64,000 bases of DNA from Dipteris shenzhenensis (taxonomy: Eukaryota), in assembly GCA_047967505.1 (NCBI GenBank), contig CM106538.1; one strand, written 5' to 3'. Position 1 is the stretch's first letter. Every line of letters starts with the position of its first letter. Shown piece after piece: positions 24,647 to 38,500 of the stretch. Both the position numbers and the translations under genes were made by a program. The notes beneath the pieces are model-generated. The model ran no database searches and had not been told where the DNA came from. It saw nothing but the letters and a program-made list of their open reading frames with translations.

Positions 24647-26643
24647 CCCCCCCCTCGAAAATTTTAATTTAAATAAAGTAAAAAATCCCTAACCTAACCT
24701 AACCATCAAACTAACTATAGTTAGGTTAGTATTAACCTAGGTTAGTTTTAACTTAGGCTAGGTTAGATTTAACCTAGGTTAGTTAGTCTAACTCTAGCTT
24801 AGTTACTTGTAGTTTGGTTAGTTTAACTGTTAGTTAGTTAGGCTAACTGAATAGTTAGGTTAGTTTGATTGTACTAGGTTAGCTCAACTAGCTATTGTTA
24901 GTATAGTTAGTTGTAGTTAGTTTAAACCATAAGATAGGTTAGGTTAGATTAACTGTTAGGCATCTAATTGGACAGTTAGGTTAGTTAGACTAACTGGGCC
25001 AATTAGGTCAACTGAGTTGGGTCGATTACTACCCCTCAATTAGACTTAAATCCCATTCACACCAGACCTTAAGACCAAGGCCACCCCCCCCACACACACA
25101 CAAAAAAAAAAGGCCAATTTTACCCCTACTTCAACACTTCATATCGTGCCTGTTTGGAACCCAAACTGGACCCTGTTTGAACCAAAATTTCACACACAAA
25201 AACACCATGGTACGGGGTATTTTTCCAGCCCATTCCACACCATTTAGGCATCTCTAGCACTTGCTCGTTCATTTGCGCCCCCGTGTGGGCCTGCACTGGC
25301 ACATTTTCCTACACACGTGGGACAATCTTAGGCACATTATTAACATGATGGTACCTACAACACTAACACCACTCTAGCCCTCCAAACAAAACTACATCAA
25401 CACCCGCACTTGCGACAGAGACACCCTTTGCAACTCTCACCCAATCTACATGCAACTACGCTCCGGCCAATGCCTCCAACTCCAACGCTCACCAAATCAA
25501 CATACAACTCTGCTGCAAACACCACCTCCAACAATCCTCTACCCCAATTCCCCCCTTGAAATTCAAGAAATCCCTTTAACTCCTCCATGCCACAACATGG
25601 CTGGACGTTGTCGTGACAATGATCAACCTCGATGCAGAGGTTGACAATTTCTTTAATTGCAAAAATAATCACAGTCAAGGCAGGTGCCCCTTGGGAAAAT
25701 TGGAACTTCCCGAATATAATGGTAGGGGAGATCTAGCCCGATTCCTCCGGCATTTTGATGCCACATGCCGAGCAAGTGGAGATCAATCCCATGAAACCAA
25801 GGTGGCCTGGTTTCCATGGCCTTAGTTGATGAAGCGTTTGAATGGTACCTAGACCTTCTAGTGGAAGAGCGAGCAACATGGGACCTGCTTCAAACAGAAC
25901 TCAAAAGGTGCTTTCAAATGGAGAGGCTACAAGATGATTATGCTCTCCAACTAAGCAAGGCAAGATGAAAAGATTAATCACCAAATGTTAACCATGCCCT
26001 GATGCAAAGTACATCACAGCTTGGTTCATTGCAGGACTAAGGAAAAAAATCCAAAAGGATATGAAAAAGATTAGTAGTAGTTATGAAACATTTAGTGCTG
26101 CTCATGCGGCAGCCATTGACATCGAAAATGGCATGACTGACTCTGATACTAGCATTGATGATGGCAGATCTAGTGCACGAGATAAGCACTCTAAAAAGGG
26201 CAAATCCAAGTCCATTGCTGAAACATCAACTGAAGATTGCCTAGAGGCCATGACCATAAAGCTGAAAGAAGACATGATGCAGGCCATGGAACAAAATCTT
26301 CACTTGTCTCAGCCACCACCTCAGACTTATCCACGGTGAGAAAATATCTGGTGTCCACATTGCATGGCCAATCATACAACAAATGAGTGCTCAATCCTAA
26401 GAGTCAGGATCATTGCACAAGCAAATCCACCACCAAGGTTGTGGTGCCATATCTACATCATTGATGGCCATGATGAAAACAGTTGCATTTTCAACATGTG
26501 CAACAACCTGCCTTGACCTCAACAATACCAAGTGGCACCCATGCTAGTGTACAGGCAACCAGCACTTGCACAAGTGCCCCCAGCTCGGAGGCTAAATCAT
26601 GTTCCCGTTTAGACACAAGTCCCACAACTACTCAGGAATCCGT
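24647..26643 (+). mobile_element. 5' part of a degenerate Ty3/gypsy element (GTTAG-rich leader and gag remnant)
   Basis: Gag-like KLELPEYNGRGDLARFLRHF and knuckle-like WCPHCMANHTTNEC. The frame joins the minus-strand gag at 39475 when the inversion is undone. Confidence 0.75.
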
Positions 26644-29600
26644 AAGTGGGTTGCATATCTTTTTTGCAGATAATCACTTTGGCAGTGGCAGTGACACATG
26701 CTTTGACAGTGGTACATGCCTGGTTGAGATGCATTGACAGTTTGTTGGATGCATGGTTATTTGCCTATGTTGGATACATACGGTGGTACGGTGATGTATA
26801 GAGATCCTGTCAAATGAGCATTGTTTGTAGCTATTTTCAGGGCTGATTTGTTACCGTATTCGGGGCTGATTTCATGGCATTGTGTTTGCCATTGGTCAGG
26901 ACATTACAATTGCTGCTGTTGCTATTTTTTATGACAAAACAATTATTTTTAGGACTGAATATCTCTTTCCTGGTGTGGAATTGCACTTTGTGCCGAACTG
27001 GAAAGTTGTATCTCACAGAACATACTACAACTTTTCTTTTGGGAGCAAGTTGATCCGGTATAAGCTGCAGGAGTTACAGCCTCTGCAAGACCACAAAAAG
27101 TTGCAGTCTACTGTCTATTTGTGACCAATGTGCAGGAAGCTGTTTTTCAGGTGAGAATATCTGAGAATCCACAAGGATTTGGCTCTTGAGGTCAACTGAT
27201 AAGTTGTAGATCTTTCTACCAACTATAACTTTGCTGTTTACAGCTTTGGCATCCGGTCTTTCAGTGAAAAGATATCGCTGTTCAAAAATAGGGACAGCGT
27301 GTTATTTTGCCCAAAGTGGCTGTGAGGTATTGTTGTAGGAATTTCTCTTGCACAACAGTGAATTGGGAACTCACAGTAAATTACAGAAAGTGATTGGAAT
27401 CTCACTTCAGTCCAAGGGCATTATTGGCATTTTGGCAAGTCACTTTGGCACATTTGGCAAGTGGTGAATGCTTGATTTTGTTGCCAAACAATTGCGCGCT
27501 TGAGGTGATGCATTGGTGATGCAGTAAATGCCATTTCGATCCATTATGGATTTGCATTGGTGGATGCTGCACTGATGTTTATGGATAGTTGAGCTGGGCT
27601 CCTATTGCCATTGGTTGAGCAAGCATTGCTCATTTGGTTCAGTGCATTTCTTACTTGGATTGCCAGGCATTGGCAGGTTACTGGGCTGCATATATTCTTG
27701 TTTATGCCTCTTTATGGCTGAGTGCTTTTGAGCATTGGATCAGCCAATTTATTTGAAGACCTGATTTTGGTCTGGACAACACTATATTTTTTGGTCATTT
27801 GGGTTGCCTATTGCACTATACTGCTCTTTTTTGGTTGTGACCTATTGTGCCACAGATATGGCATCTACAGCTGGTAGTGCCCTCTTTGATATTGAGAGGT
27901 TGGATGGATCAAACTTTCAGTATTGGAAAGAGCAGATTTATGATGTGTTAGTGCAGAAGAGGCAGCATAAGCCCATTCAATGCAAAGGTGTCAAGCCTAA
28001 TAGCATTAAACAGAGTGATTGGGATGACATGGATGAGCAAGCATGCTCTATCATTCAGTCATCACTCTCGAAGTCAGTCTACTTGTAGGTACAGGATGGT
28101 GTACAGGGGTGTAGACTACCATGCATATGAATTTTATACTCGTATATGGCGGATGTATGACCATGATAGTGTTATGTTACAGCATGATGGGCTGAAATGT
28201 CCTGATGGGCTGAAATACAGCCTTGATATGCACTCCAAAGGTCGATCAATTGGTAGAAATAGGTCATGTTCAAGGGGGAATTCTAGGAGCAAGTCTAGCT
28301 CTCGGACCTGTGTTAGATGTTTCTATTGTTGAAAAAGTATTGCTGGAAATGGCTGAGAAAATACAAGAAGAAGAGCAAGGTTAAGAATGACAGGAAGAAG
28401 GAGAAGAAGCATGTTGAGCTTCAAGGCATGGATGCTAGGGTTTCCACTGACAGTAGCAGTGATGAAGACATTCTTTTGTCTATTTTTGACACCTCCTTCT
28501 TGGCCACTGATGTACCCATTCTTGGTGATTGGATGTTAGATCCATGTGCTTCATGTCATATGACCCCTCATAGGTCATGGTTCAGTGCATATCAGGAATG
28601 CATTGTGGAGAGTGGTTTGATGGGCATTGATCATTCTATGGATGTCTATGGTTATGGGGATATCCACCTTGTTATGCCTAGATCTTGAGCCATTGCAGTT
28701 GGTTCATAGTGCAGTTTGTGGGCCTATGCCTACTGTTTCACTGGGTGGCGCCTCTTACTTTGTGACATTTATTGATGTTGCTACAAAGTACATATGGGTA
28801 TATCCGATTTGGCAGAAGCATGATGTATATGATACATTTCAGCGCTTCTTGGGTAATGCTGAAAATCAGTCAGGAAAGAAGCTATTGAGCTTGATGGCTG
28901 ATGGTGATGCAGAGTTTACCTCTTCTAGATTTCAGCATCTATGTGATACACTTGGTATCAGGAGGGTGTTGACCACTCCTCCTCTTTCTGCTCATGATGC
29001 CTTGGTAGGAGGCATAAATTGGATTCTATTGGACAGGATTGGTAGCATGCTACGATATGCAGGTCTTATCGAATGCTATTGGGCTGAGGCATGTAAGACA
29101 GCTGCATACTTGCTTAACAGGTCACCCAGGAGATCTCTGAATGGTAGAGTGCCATTTGACTTCTTGACAGGCAGGGCACCATGTTATGAGCATTTACGTG
29201 TGTTTGGTTGCGAGGCTTATGCTCATGGTTCCCGATCGAGGAGGTGTATCTTCCTTGGATACAGTGAGTCTAGTAGGGACTACAGGTTATGGGATTCTTC
29301 AACTAGAGAGTTGATACGCAGCCATAATGTCTATTTTAGAGAAGATGCTATGTTTAGACAGCCCAGGACTGTGGATAGCAGGAGAGTGGTGTTCCAAGAG
29401 GGTGTAAGTGCACTGATATCTCCAAATTCTATGCAGGGACAGCCCATATCCCTTGGAGTGGGAGGTTTTTCCCATGGTGAGCAGGTTATAAAGTTGGGAC
29501 AGCCACGATTACTTCCTGATTTTGGTCAGAGACGGTCATATGTCTCTAGTATTCCACAGGTTTATACTCCTATGGAGATTGTTGATGCATCTTCTATGGA

Positions 29601-30858
29601 CAGTTACAGTTTACTCCCAGGATGCAGAGTGCCTCTTGCAGATGAGGATGAGGCTATGCATGGTGAGGAGGATACCTTGGCTAATGATGCCCGGTATGAT
29701 CCATTGGCTGGTTATGCCAGGACAGATGTGGTTTCTGCAGTTATTGACTCGGGTCATATTGCGCATGGGTAGGAATCATTGATATGTTTGCTTCGTAAGT
29801 GCCTTCATGGCCAAAAGCAATCCCCTTGAGCTTGGCTTCATAGGTTTGATACCGTTATGAGAGCTCAGGATGTGATGCACAGTGAGACAGGTTATGGTCT
29901 TAGTATTCAGGAGGTTGCTATCCTTCTGAGGTTACTTGCCATATGGTTCCTTATGGACAGGGATGCTTTGAAGTGGGAGCTGCATGGTCTTGATGATGTT
30001 TGTCAGATACTTGGTTGTTTCAGTATGGAGAGGGGGAAGTTATTGAGTACTCCATTGCCTGTATTGGCTCCATACTTGAAACACTGCAGGTTTGACGATC
30101 ACAGATCAGTTGAGCAGCAAGTTATGGTTGATATGGCAGCCATAGTACTCCATGCATCCATGACTGTGTTGAGACTTGGTTCTCACATGTTTGCCATTGG
30201 GGCTACACTTCCGGTTCTTGCTTCTGTTGCAGTGGGAGTTGGTAGCATGATTATGGCAGATTTTGGCAGTAGGGAAGCGGTTGTGGACATCAAGTCCTTA
30301 TGCTTCCAGGAGCAGCATGCAGGTGATGTATGCAGGTGATGTAGGTTGGGTAGACTAGCAGAGGTCTATTGTAGGGCATGTGCTTATGGTCACAAGTGGT
30401 ACAGAGACATTTTCTTTACACAGTGATAGTTCAGGTGCTATGGACTTAGCACAGGAGCACGTGGTGGTGAGAGTTCACTCTCCCAGTGAGATCTAGCATG
30501 AGATCTTGGTTGACAGGCATCTACAGCTTGTCATTTTCTATCCTGCAAACCTGATATCTGCTAGCAGCTTATCCTCTATGCACTTTGCACATTGTAAAGT
30601 GCCGATGGGCATAGGATGACGGTGTGGTCATCTTGTTTTTCAGCCTATGGCTGATTGTATTATATGTGTACCTTACTCCCTTAAAGGCACACTGCCTTTA
30701 AGTGGGAGGTTGTTGGGGTAAAGGGCAGTGTGCCCACCCACTTGTACAGTGCCCATGTATACTCATATATATATATGATAGAGGAATAAGCTGGAGTAGC
30801 TTTTGCTCCACCACTTTTGGTGTCTCCTATCCCTTTGTGTGTGCTCTCCTCTCTCACA
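26639..30858 (+). mobile_element. 3' part of a non-autonomous copia element, family 2 (degenerate gag/PR/IN, RT largely lost, 3' LTR 30711-30858)
   Basis: Gag MASTAGSALFDIERLDGSNFQYWK, protease-like WMLDPCAS and integrase LVHSAVCGP...YWAEA are present. PPT AAGTGGGAG precedes a 148-bp TG...CA LTR. Confidence 0.88.
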
Positions 30859-33800
30859 ATGGCATCTGATTCTCTTTCACAGATTGTCACTGAAAAGCTT
30901 GACAAGAACAACTTCCAAGCATGGAAGTTTAGAATGACGAATTTCTTGATGGGAAAAGGCTATTGGGAGTTCATTATAGGAAATGAAGAAGAACTTGTTC
31001 TTCCTAATGTTCCCAATCAACAGGAAATGTAGGCATTCAAAGGATGGCATGAGAGAGCCAGGAAAGTTATGTACTGGCTCTCTATCAGTATTTCGGACTC
31101 CATGATTGTGCATATTTAGGATGCAAGTACACCAAAGGAGGCATGGGATACTTTGGCAAAAATGTACAGCACAAATACGCAAGCCAGGAAAATGCAGCTC
31201 AAGTAGGAGCTTCACAATGTGCAGAGAGAAAATATGAGCATCAATGACTACCACATGAAGGTGAAGAAAATTGCGGATGCACTTGCTTCCATTGGGTCGC
31301 CAGTGGATGATGACGATTTAGTTTCTGTGACCTTGAATGGTCTAGGAAAGGATTATGCACAGTTCCAGACATCCATTGCCGTCCGTGAAAAATTTCCTGA
31401 TTTTGAGGAGTTGATTGCTCTTCTAATTTCTGAAGAGCCGAGAAATGGTGGTGCATCTTCTTCAGGAGGAACCTCAAAAGAAACTGTCTTCTACTCAAAT
31501 GCTGGAAGGGGTAGAGGTAGAGGTAGAGGAGGCCGATCTGGAGGCCATGGTAGAAATCAGAATATGCAGCAAACTCAAGAAAACCAGTCCTATGTAGGAG
31601 GACGTGGTAACTCTAGAGGCAGGGGGAGCCAAAGAGGTCGTGGTGGATGGCAGAGAGGCCAAAATGCAAACAGTAATGTTGAATGCTACTACTGTGGTAA
31701 AATGGGGCATATGGCTAAAGACTGCTACAAAAAGCAGAATGACATTATGAATGGAAAATTGCAGCAAGGCAATTATGCATCCTCTAGTAGACAGGGTGAT
31801 GATAGAAATGAGCATTTGTTTATGGTACAGCATATGACAAATTCTGTGACAAGTACAGAAGAAAGCAATGATGTGTGGTATGTTGACTCAGGTGCGTCAA
31901 ACCACATGACAGGTCATGCTGAATGGATGCAGGATGCAAGGAAAATGGAAAAACCAGGATTTGTGTAGACTGGTCATGATACTGCACATCCTATTGTGCA
32001 GATTGGCAAAATTCCTTTGTCTATGCAGGATGGGAAAAAGAAATACTTGTCTGATGTATTTCATGTCCTGAACATCACCAAGAACCTGGTTTCTATTGGT
32101 CAAATGGTTGAGCAGGGCTTGCAGGTCAGATTCAATCCTCATGGATGCTTTGTTGAGGATATGAAAAATAATGGTCGCTTGATAGCAAAAGGAAAGAAGA
32201 AGGGCAGGATGTTTACGCTGGATGCAGACATGCCTGAATTGACTGCAGCAATGTTTGCACATGGGTGTAGTTGCAGATATTGATATTTGGCATAAACGCA
32301 TTGGTCATGTTAATGTACAGCGACTTAAATCAATGCAAGCCCAAAATATTGTTGCAGGATTGCCTAAATTCAAGGTTGCAGAAATGCATAAGGTGTGTGA
32401 AGCCTATCAATTTGGAAAACAGGCAAGGAAACCATTTCCTAAGCATGTTCAAGAGAGTAAAAAGCCATTGGAATTAATCCACTCTGATGTGTGGACTACT
32501 AAAGCTACATCTATTGGAGGTTGTCACTATTTTGTCACATTTATTGATGACTTCAGCAAAAAACTTTGGGTGTATTTTATGAAAAAGAAAAGTGAAGTGT
32601 TTGGGCACTTCAAAGCTTTTAAAGCTATGGTTGAAAACGAAACAGGCCTGCAAATAAAATGCCTAAGGTCACATGGAGGGGGAGAGTACCTCTCAAATGA
32701 GTTTGCAAGGTTCTTGCAGGAGCGTGGCATAAAGCAGCAATATTCATGCAGTCATACCCCACAGCAAAATGGAATTGCAGAAAGAAAAAATAGGCATATT
32801 GGAGAGGTATCTCGGGCCATGCTAAATGAAAACGATCTACCAGATTATTATTGGGCTGAAGCAGTTGCTACAGCAGTTTATATAATGAACAGGACTCCCA
32901 CTGTAGCAATACATGGCATGATGCCAGAGGAGATGTATACTGGTAGGAAACCAGACATTTCTCATTTGAAAATTTTTGGTTGTATTGCCTATGTTCATGT
33001 GCCAGATGAGTTGAGGTCCAAGTTGGATCCAAAGGCTGAGAAGTGCATCTTTATTGGTTATTCTCTGCAACAGAAAGGGTATAGATGCTATAACCCTTCT
33101 ACACGTAAGTTCATAGTGAGCAGAGATGTTGTTTTTGATGAGATGAGCAGTTGGTATAAACCAGTAAATGTGATGATTGATGTAGATGCACAAAATTCAC
33201 AGCAGCAATCACAAAATATCAGTGGACCTGCAGTGTCCTCTAGCAGTGGTTCACATACTTTGCCATGGACAGGTAGATTGAGATCAGGAGAATCTCCTCA
33301 AAGTAATGTAGATAGTGGTACACAGGTATCATGAAAAGGAAAAGAGAAGGTAGATCAGCCCATGTTTGATGTGAATGCAGGTCACTCTTATGTGGATGGT
33401 GAATCCAGTAGCTCAGAGCAGAGCATTGATGATGAGTTGCGTATTCCTTCTATTGTTACACCTGGAGTAAGGAAGACCAGGGATGTCTTGAGAGCACCTA
33501 GAAGTGAGCCTATTTTGCGCAGGTCTACCGGGGTTAGGTATCCTGTGGATAGGCTGAAATATGATGGATTTACAGCCATTCACTATGCCTATATGGTCAA
33601 AGTGATACAGGAACCAAAACCCACTTCTTTTGAGCAAGCCATGGGAAATGAAAAATGGGAGAAAGCCATGGATGAAGAAATGGATGCCTTGGATTCAAAT
33701 GCTACATGGGAATTGGTGCCTTTGCCTAAAGACAAGAATGCAATTGGTTGTAAGTGGGTTTATAAGATCAAGCACAATGCAGATGGTTCTGTGAATAGAT

Positions 33801-35521
33801 ACAAGGCAAGATTAGTTGTCAAGGGGTATGCACAGACATATGGCATTGATTATGAAGAAACTTTTAGCCCAGTTGCAAGGATGGCAACCGTAAGAGCAGC
33901 CATTGCTATGGCTGCATCAAAGGGATGGTCTTTACATCAGATGGATGTAAAGAATGCCTTCTTGCATGGTGATTTGCAAGAAGAGGTCTTTATGGAGCAG
34001 CCAGCAGGTTATGTTCATGCTATTCATCCTGAGTTTGTTTGCAGGTTGAAGAAAGCCTTGTATGGCTTGAAGCAAGCACCTAGAGCATGGTCTGACAAGA
34101 TAGGACAGTATCTTGTCACTATTGGCTTTCAGATTTCCAAGGCAGATTTCTCACTCTATGTGAGAAAAACAGAGAAAGGGATTATGCTGCTTGTCATTTA
34201 TGTTGATGATTTGATCATCACAGGTGATAGTGATGAAGATATTCTTCATGTGAAAATGCTATTGAGGCAGAAGTTTGAGATGAAGGATTTGGTAGAGCTG
34301 CGTTATTTCTTGGGCATTGAGGTGATTAGATCACCAAGTGGGATACAGCTCTTGCAGAGGCAGTATGGACTGGACATGCTGTCCAAATATGGGATGACAG
34401 GCTGTAAGCCTATTTCAGTTCCTTTGGAGCAGAATATGAAGCTGAGCGAAGATGCAGGTGAGCTTCTGGAAGACCCTACTATGTAGAGACGCATAGTAGG
34501 AAGTTTGATTTACATGACTATTACCAGGCCAGATTTGAGCTATGCTGTTGGGTTGGTAAGTCAGATTATGTAGGCTCCAAGGAAACCGCATTTGGATGCG
34601 GCTAGACGCATACTCAGGTATGTGAAGTCCACATTGTAGTATGGACTATTTTATGAGGCTGGGGTTCAGATACAGTTGCATGGATACACTGATGCTGATT
34701 GGGCTGGTAGTATTTCTGATAGACGATCTACCAGTGGATATGTGTTCTCATTTGGGAGTGCTGCAGTCACTTGGAGCAGCAAGAAACAACCTACAGTTGC
34801 CTTGTCGAGCACAGAGGCTGAGTATAGAGGTGCAGCAATGGCTGCATGTGAGGTAGCTTGGTTGCATAAGCTACTCTATGATATGCATCAGTCTACAGAT
34901 GGGCCAGTTGTCATTTATTGTGACAACATGAGCAGTATTATACACTTGGCAAATAACCCAGTCTATCATGCTAGAACAAAGCACATTGAGGTGCATTATC
35001 ACTATGTGCGGGAGAAGGTTTTACTAGGTCTTATTGATCTAGTTTATGTTGGCACAGAGGATCAGGTAGCTGACATCTTCACAAAAGCATTGGGCACAGA
35101 GAAGCTGCGCAAGTTCAGAGACCTGCTTGGTGTGTAGGAATTGGGATTGAGCTCAAGGGGGAGTGTTGAGATATCGAGCTCCACTCGCGATATGCTAGGG
35201 TGACCGTTGTGCATTTATGTCACCAACTTGTTAGCTACAGATGTTTATGCGGTTGGTACACTGCCCACGAATAATAGCTGGATGACAACTATCCTTATCT
35301 ACACTAGTTCGTGGCTGAGTTACTATGCCACCTTAGTTAGTTGAGTTTGGTTTGAGACCCACATATAGGGTTCTTCTATTTCTTTGTGCTTGAGTTCTTT
35401 TGGCTTTCACAACTAAGAAGAGGAAAACTGTTTTCAACCTCCACCTTTGTGTGTATTCCCCCATTGTGATTGTGAGAAAGCCTCAAGTGAGACTCCTTCC
35501 CTCTCTCCCACTATCTTCACA
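30859..35521 (+). mobile_element. 3' part of copia family 1 copy C (gag-pol with stops, 3' LTR 35164-35521)
   Basis: Starts exactly at the gag ATG and carries IN, RT and RNase H ([16 protein letters not shown]). PPT AAGGGGGAG precedes the LTR, which is followed by GATCT. Confidence 0.95.
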
Positions 35522-38500
35522 GATCTCTGCATCATTGAGTTGTCAGCTGGTGAAGTAGAATGGGTAATCTTTCTTATGTTCACTAGGTTGACAAAGCACA
35601 CTCCCAATTGCATACTTGGATCCATCAGTATGAACATGAAAACCGATATCCCAATTGAGAGATATAAGGATGGGTGTTGTGATTAGGTGCCACTCTAAAA
35701 GCTCAAAGGCTTGGTCACACTCTTCCGTCCATAAGAATTCCACTAATAAATTGTAAAGTGGTCTAGCTATCATGGCATACCGCAATATAAATCTTCTATA
35801 ATAGCAGGCATGTCCCATAGAGACCTGTACACCTTTGAAATTTGTAGGAGGAGGCAATTCCATGATGATTTTGATTTTGTCCATGTCAGTCGCAATCCCA
35901 TGTTGAGCGTGTGTCCCAAAATAACTCCGTGGGTGACCATGAACTGGCATTTTGTTGGATTTAGGGAGATGCCATACTCCCTACATTTGATTAGTACTGC
36001 TTCAAGGCATTTGAAGTGGTATTTTTTGTTTGAACGGATGCACAAATCATCCAAGAACACCTTTAACAACTTATTTAGAAATGACTTGAAAGCTGTGAAC
36101 ATGGCTCGCTGGAATGTGGCCGGGGCATTACAAAGGCCAAATGGCATGACTCTATATGAAAAAATATCCCATTCTATAGCAAATGCTATTTTTGATTGGT
36201 CTTTAGGAGTAATTTGCACTTGGTTATAGCCACTGAAGCCATCCAAGAAGCTATATGTTTCAGAACCTACCACCTTTTCCAACACTATTTCTGTTAAGGG
36301 TAGGGGATAGTGATCCCTAATTGTGGCGGCATTCACATTCTTTAAGTTTACGCATATTCTAAGCTTCTTTTTGCGCTTAAGCACAATGATGATGGGTGAA
36401 ACCCAGTTAGTGTGCTCTATCTCATAGATGAATCGGCATCTAGGAGTTTTTCCAGCTCGTCATAAACCATGGTGCCATACTTAGGATTTGTGCAATAAGG
36501 TCCACATACCTTAGGGTGAGAACCTTCCCTTATAGGTATCATGTGTACTACCACGTCTGGTGAAATTCCTTTCATCTCTTTGTATGACCATGCTAGGTAG
36601 TCACAGTACTCCCTTGGGAGTGCTTTGAGTTTGGTTTCATCTTCCTGTCGAAGCTGTTTCCCAATGAAAACCAAAATTTCTTCCTCCCCTTCCAGGGCGA
36701 GGTATATTGTGTGTGTTTGTGCCGGTCCCTCATAGATTGGAGTTTCTCCAATGCTATCGGTTTCTTGAACTTTAGATTCTCTTAGTGGTCTTGGTACTGC
36801 TATTGGGACACTACCACTTGTGTAATTCATGAAGTACTCTGGCACTTCTCGAAGATCAGCCTCTGATGGTGTTGAACTAGCCTGACATGTGCCATGTGCA
36901 CTAGGTCACATAGTTTCATTTACCAAGTTGTTAGGCTCTTTTGACTTTCTTTTCTTAAAGTCTCTTGATCAAGCTTCATCCGCACATGTGGTTTATACTT
37001 CCAAAACTTCTTATGTTGGGAACTATGGGGTAACTTTTCCATTGGTAAGGTGTTCCCAAGTAAGGGCTTATTTGCTGCGCATACTCCTTCTAGTCCCTCA
37101 GGGGACCATTCAAGAGGCGGTGGTTCTAATTTTGAGGGAGCTGGCTTTGCAAGATACAATTTGATGATCATTGTTTGTACTCGCTCAAATTCATTGAAGT
37201 GTTCCTCGGCCTTGGCTTTTCTGCAATTTCATCCTTTAGCTTTCTTGTAGGATCTTTTGCTGTTATTCAACTTTGGAGGTTCAACTTTTGGGAGCTCAAC
37301 TGCCATTAGGGCATGCAGAATGGCTAAGCCATTGTCAAAGATATGATCTTCAATTTCAGCATTCTCAGTCTCAGTTTCAAGGTCCCAAGGAAAATCGGAG
37401 TCATCATTGGTATGGGTACCTTCTTCAGGTTCATTATCCCACTTGAGGTCAGCCATAAAGCTAGATCGATTGGTTCTTCATGTGTGAGTGGAGGATCTAC
37501 CTATAGCACCTTAGCATCTATCTATGAGAAGATGGGATCTAATGCATGGCAACTGTTGATTGTTTGCGAATGTTTGTATCCAATTATTGACATTGCTTTG
37601 TGAATCGCCCGCTATGGGCATGATGTTGCAAGGGAGCTAATTTTCTTGAGATTGTGTCATCTAACGCTCTAGGAACAATTGGTTTTATATCTCCTGTCCC
37701 CACATTCACCCTCACTACGGTGTCGCGATTCTGGATTGTCAGTCTATCAGTCCCTAGTCATGGAGGACTGATGCTTCCCGTAACCAAGGACGTCCTAGTA
37801 AGATTTGAAGGGAAAAGCAGACTCCTGCCACCTTTGCTGTCCCCACATTCACCCTCACTATGGTGTCGCGATTCCGGATTGTCAGTCTATCAGTCCCTAG
37901 TCATGGAGGACTGATGCTTCCCGTAACCAAGGATGTCCTAGTAAGATTTGAAGGGAAAAGCAGACTCCTGCCACCTTTGTTGACACACCATTCACTATTC
38001 CCAAGGGTTTAGCCCGTGAATCATCAGCAAGGTGTATGTTGAAATTAGCCATTTGCATTGGTGGGAGACCCCATTCATCGTAGAGCTCCTTTGATAGGAC
38101 ATTTACACTTGCTCCACCATCCACTATGGCTTGGACTTCATTATATGCCTTGTGAATCAAAGGCACAATAATGTTGCATATGTCACAGCTCTCACCCATT
38201 CGCACAGGGATATCTTTGATGTCATTCATAGGTGGAGGGGGATTTGTGAGTTCAATCCATGCTTTGAAACTCTCCCAAAGATTGGGACAATTCCGTAGGA
38301 GGATTCCAATGGGAATTGACACAGGGCAACTTAGGATGCTAGAGAGTGCGGCTCCTTCAAGTTGATGTGGCGGTACATTATGTTGTGGATTCTGTTGTTG
38401 GAACAGAGGCTCGAGCAGAGTATCAATACTTTGTGGGGCCAAGTCATGGATTGGATCTTGAGCTTGTCTCTCAACCTCAAATTGAGCTTGTTTCTCAGCC

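Noticed and set aside
24647-24660. C-run after the copy A LTR as a PPT of a tandem upstream copia
   Set aside because: The sequence beyond it is not copia RNase H; it is simply flanking DNA.
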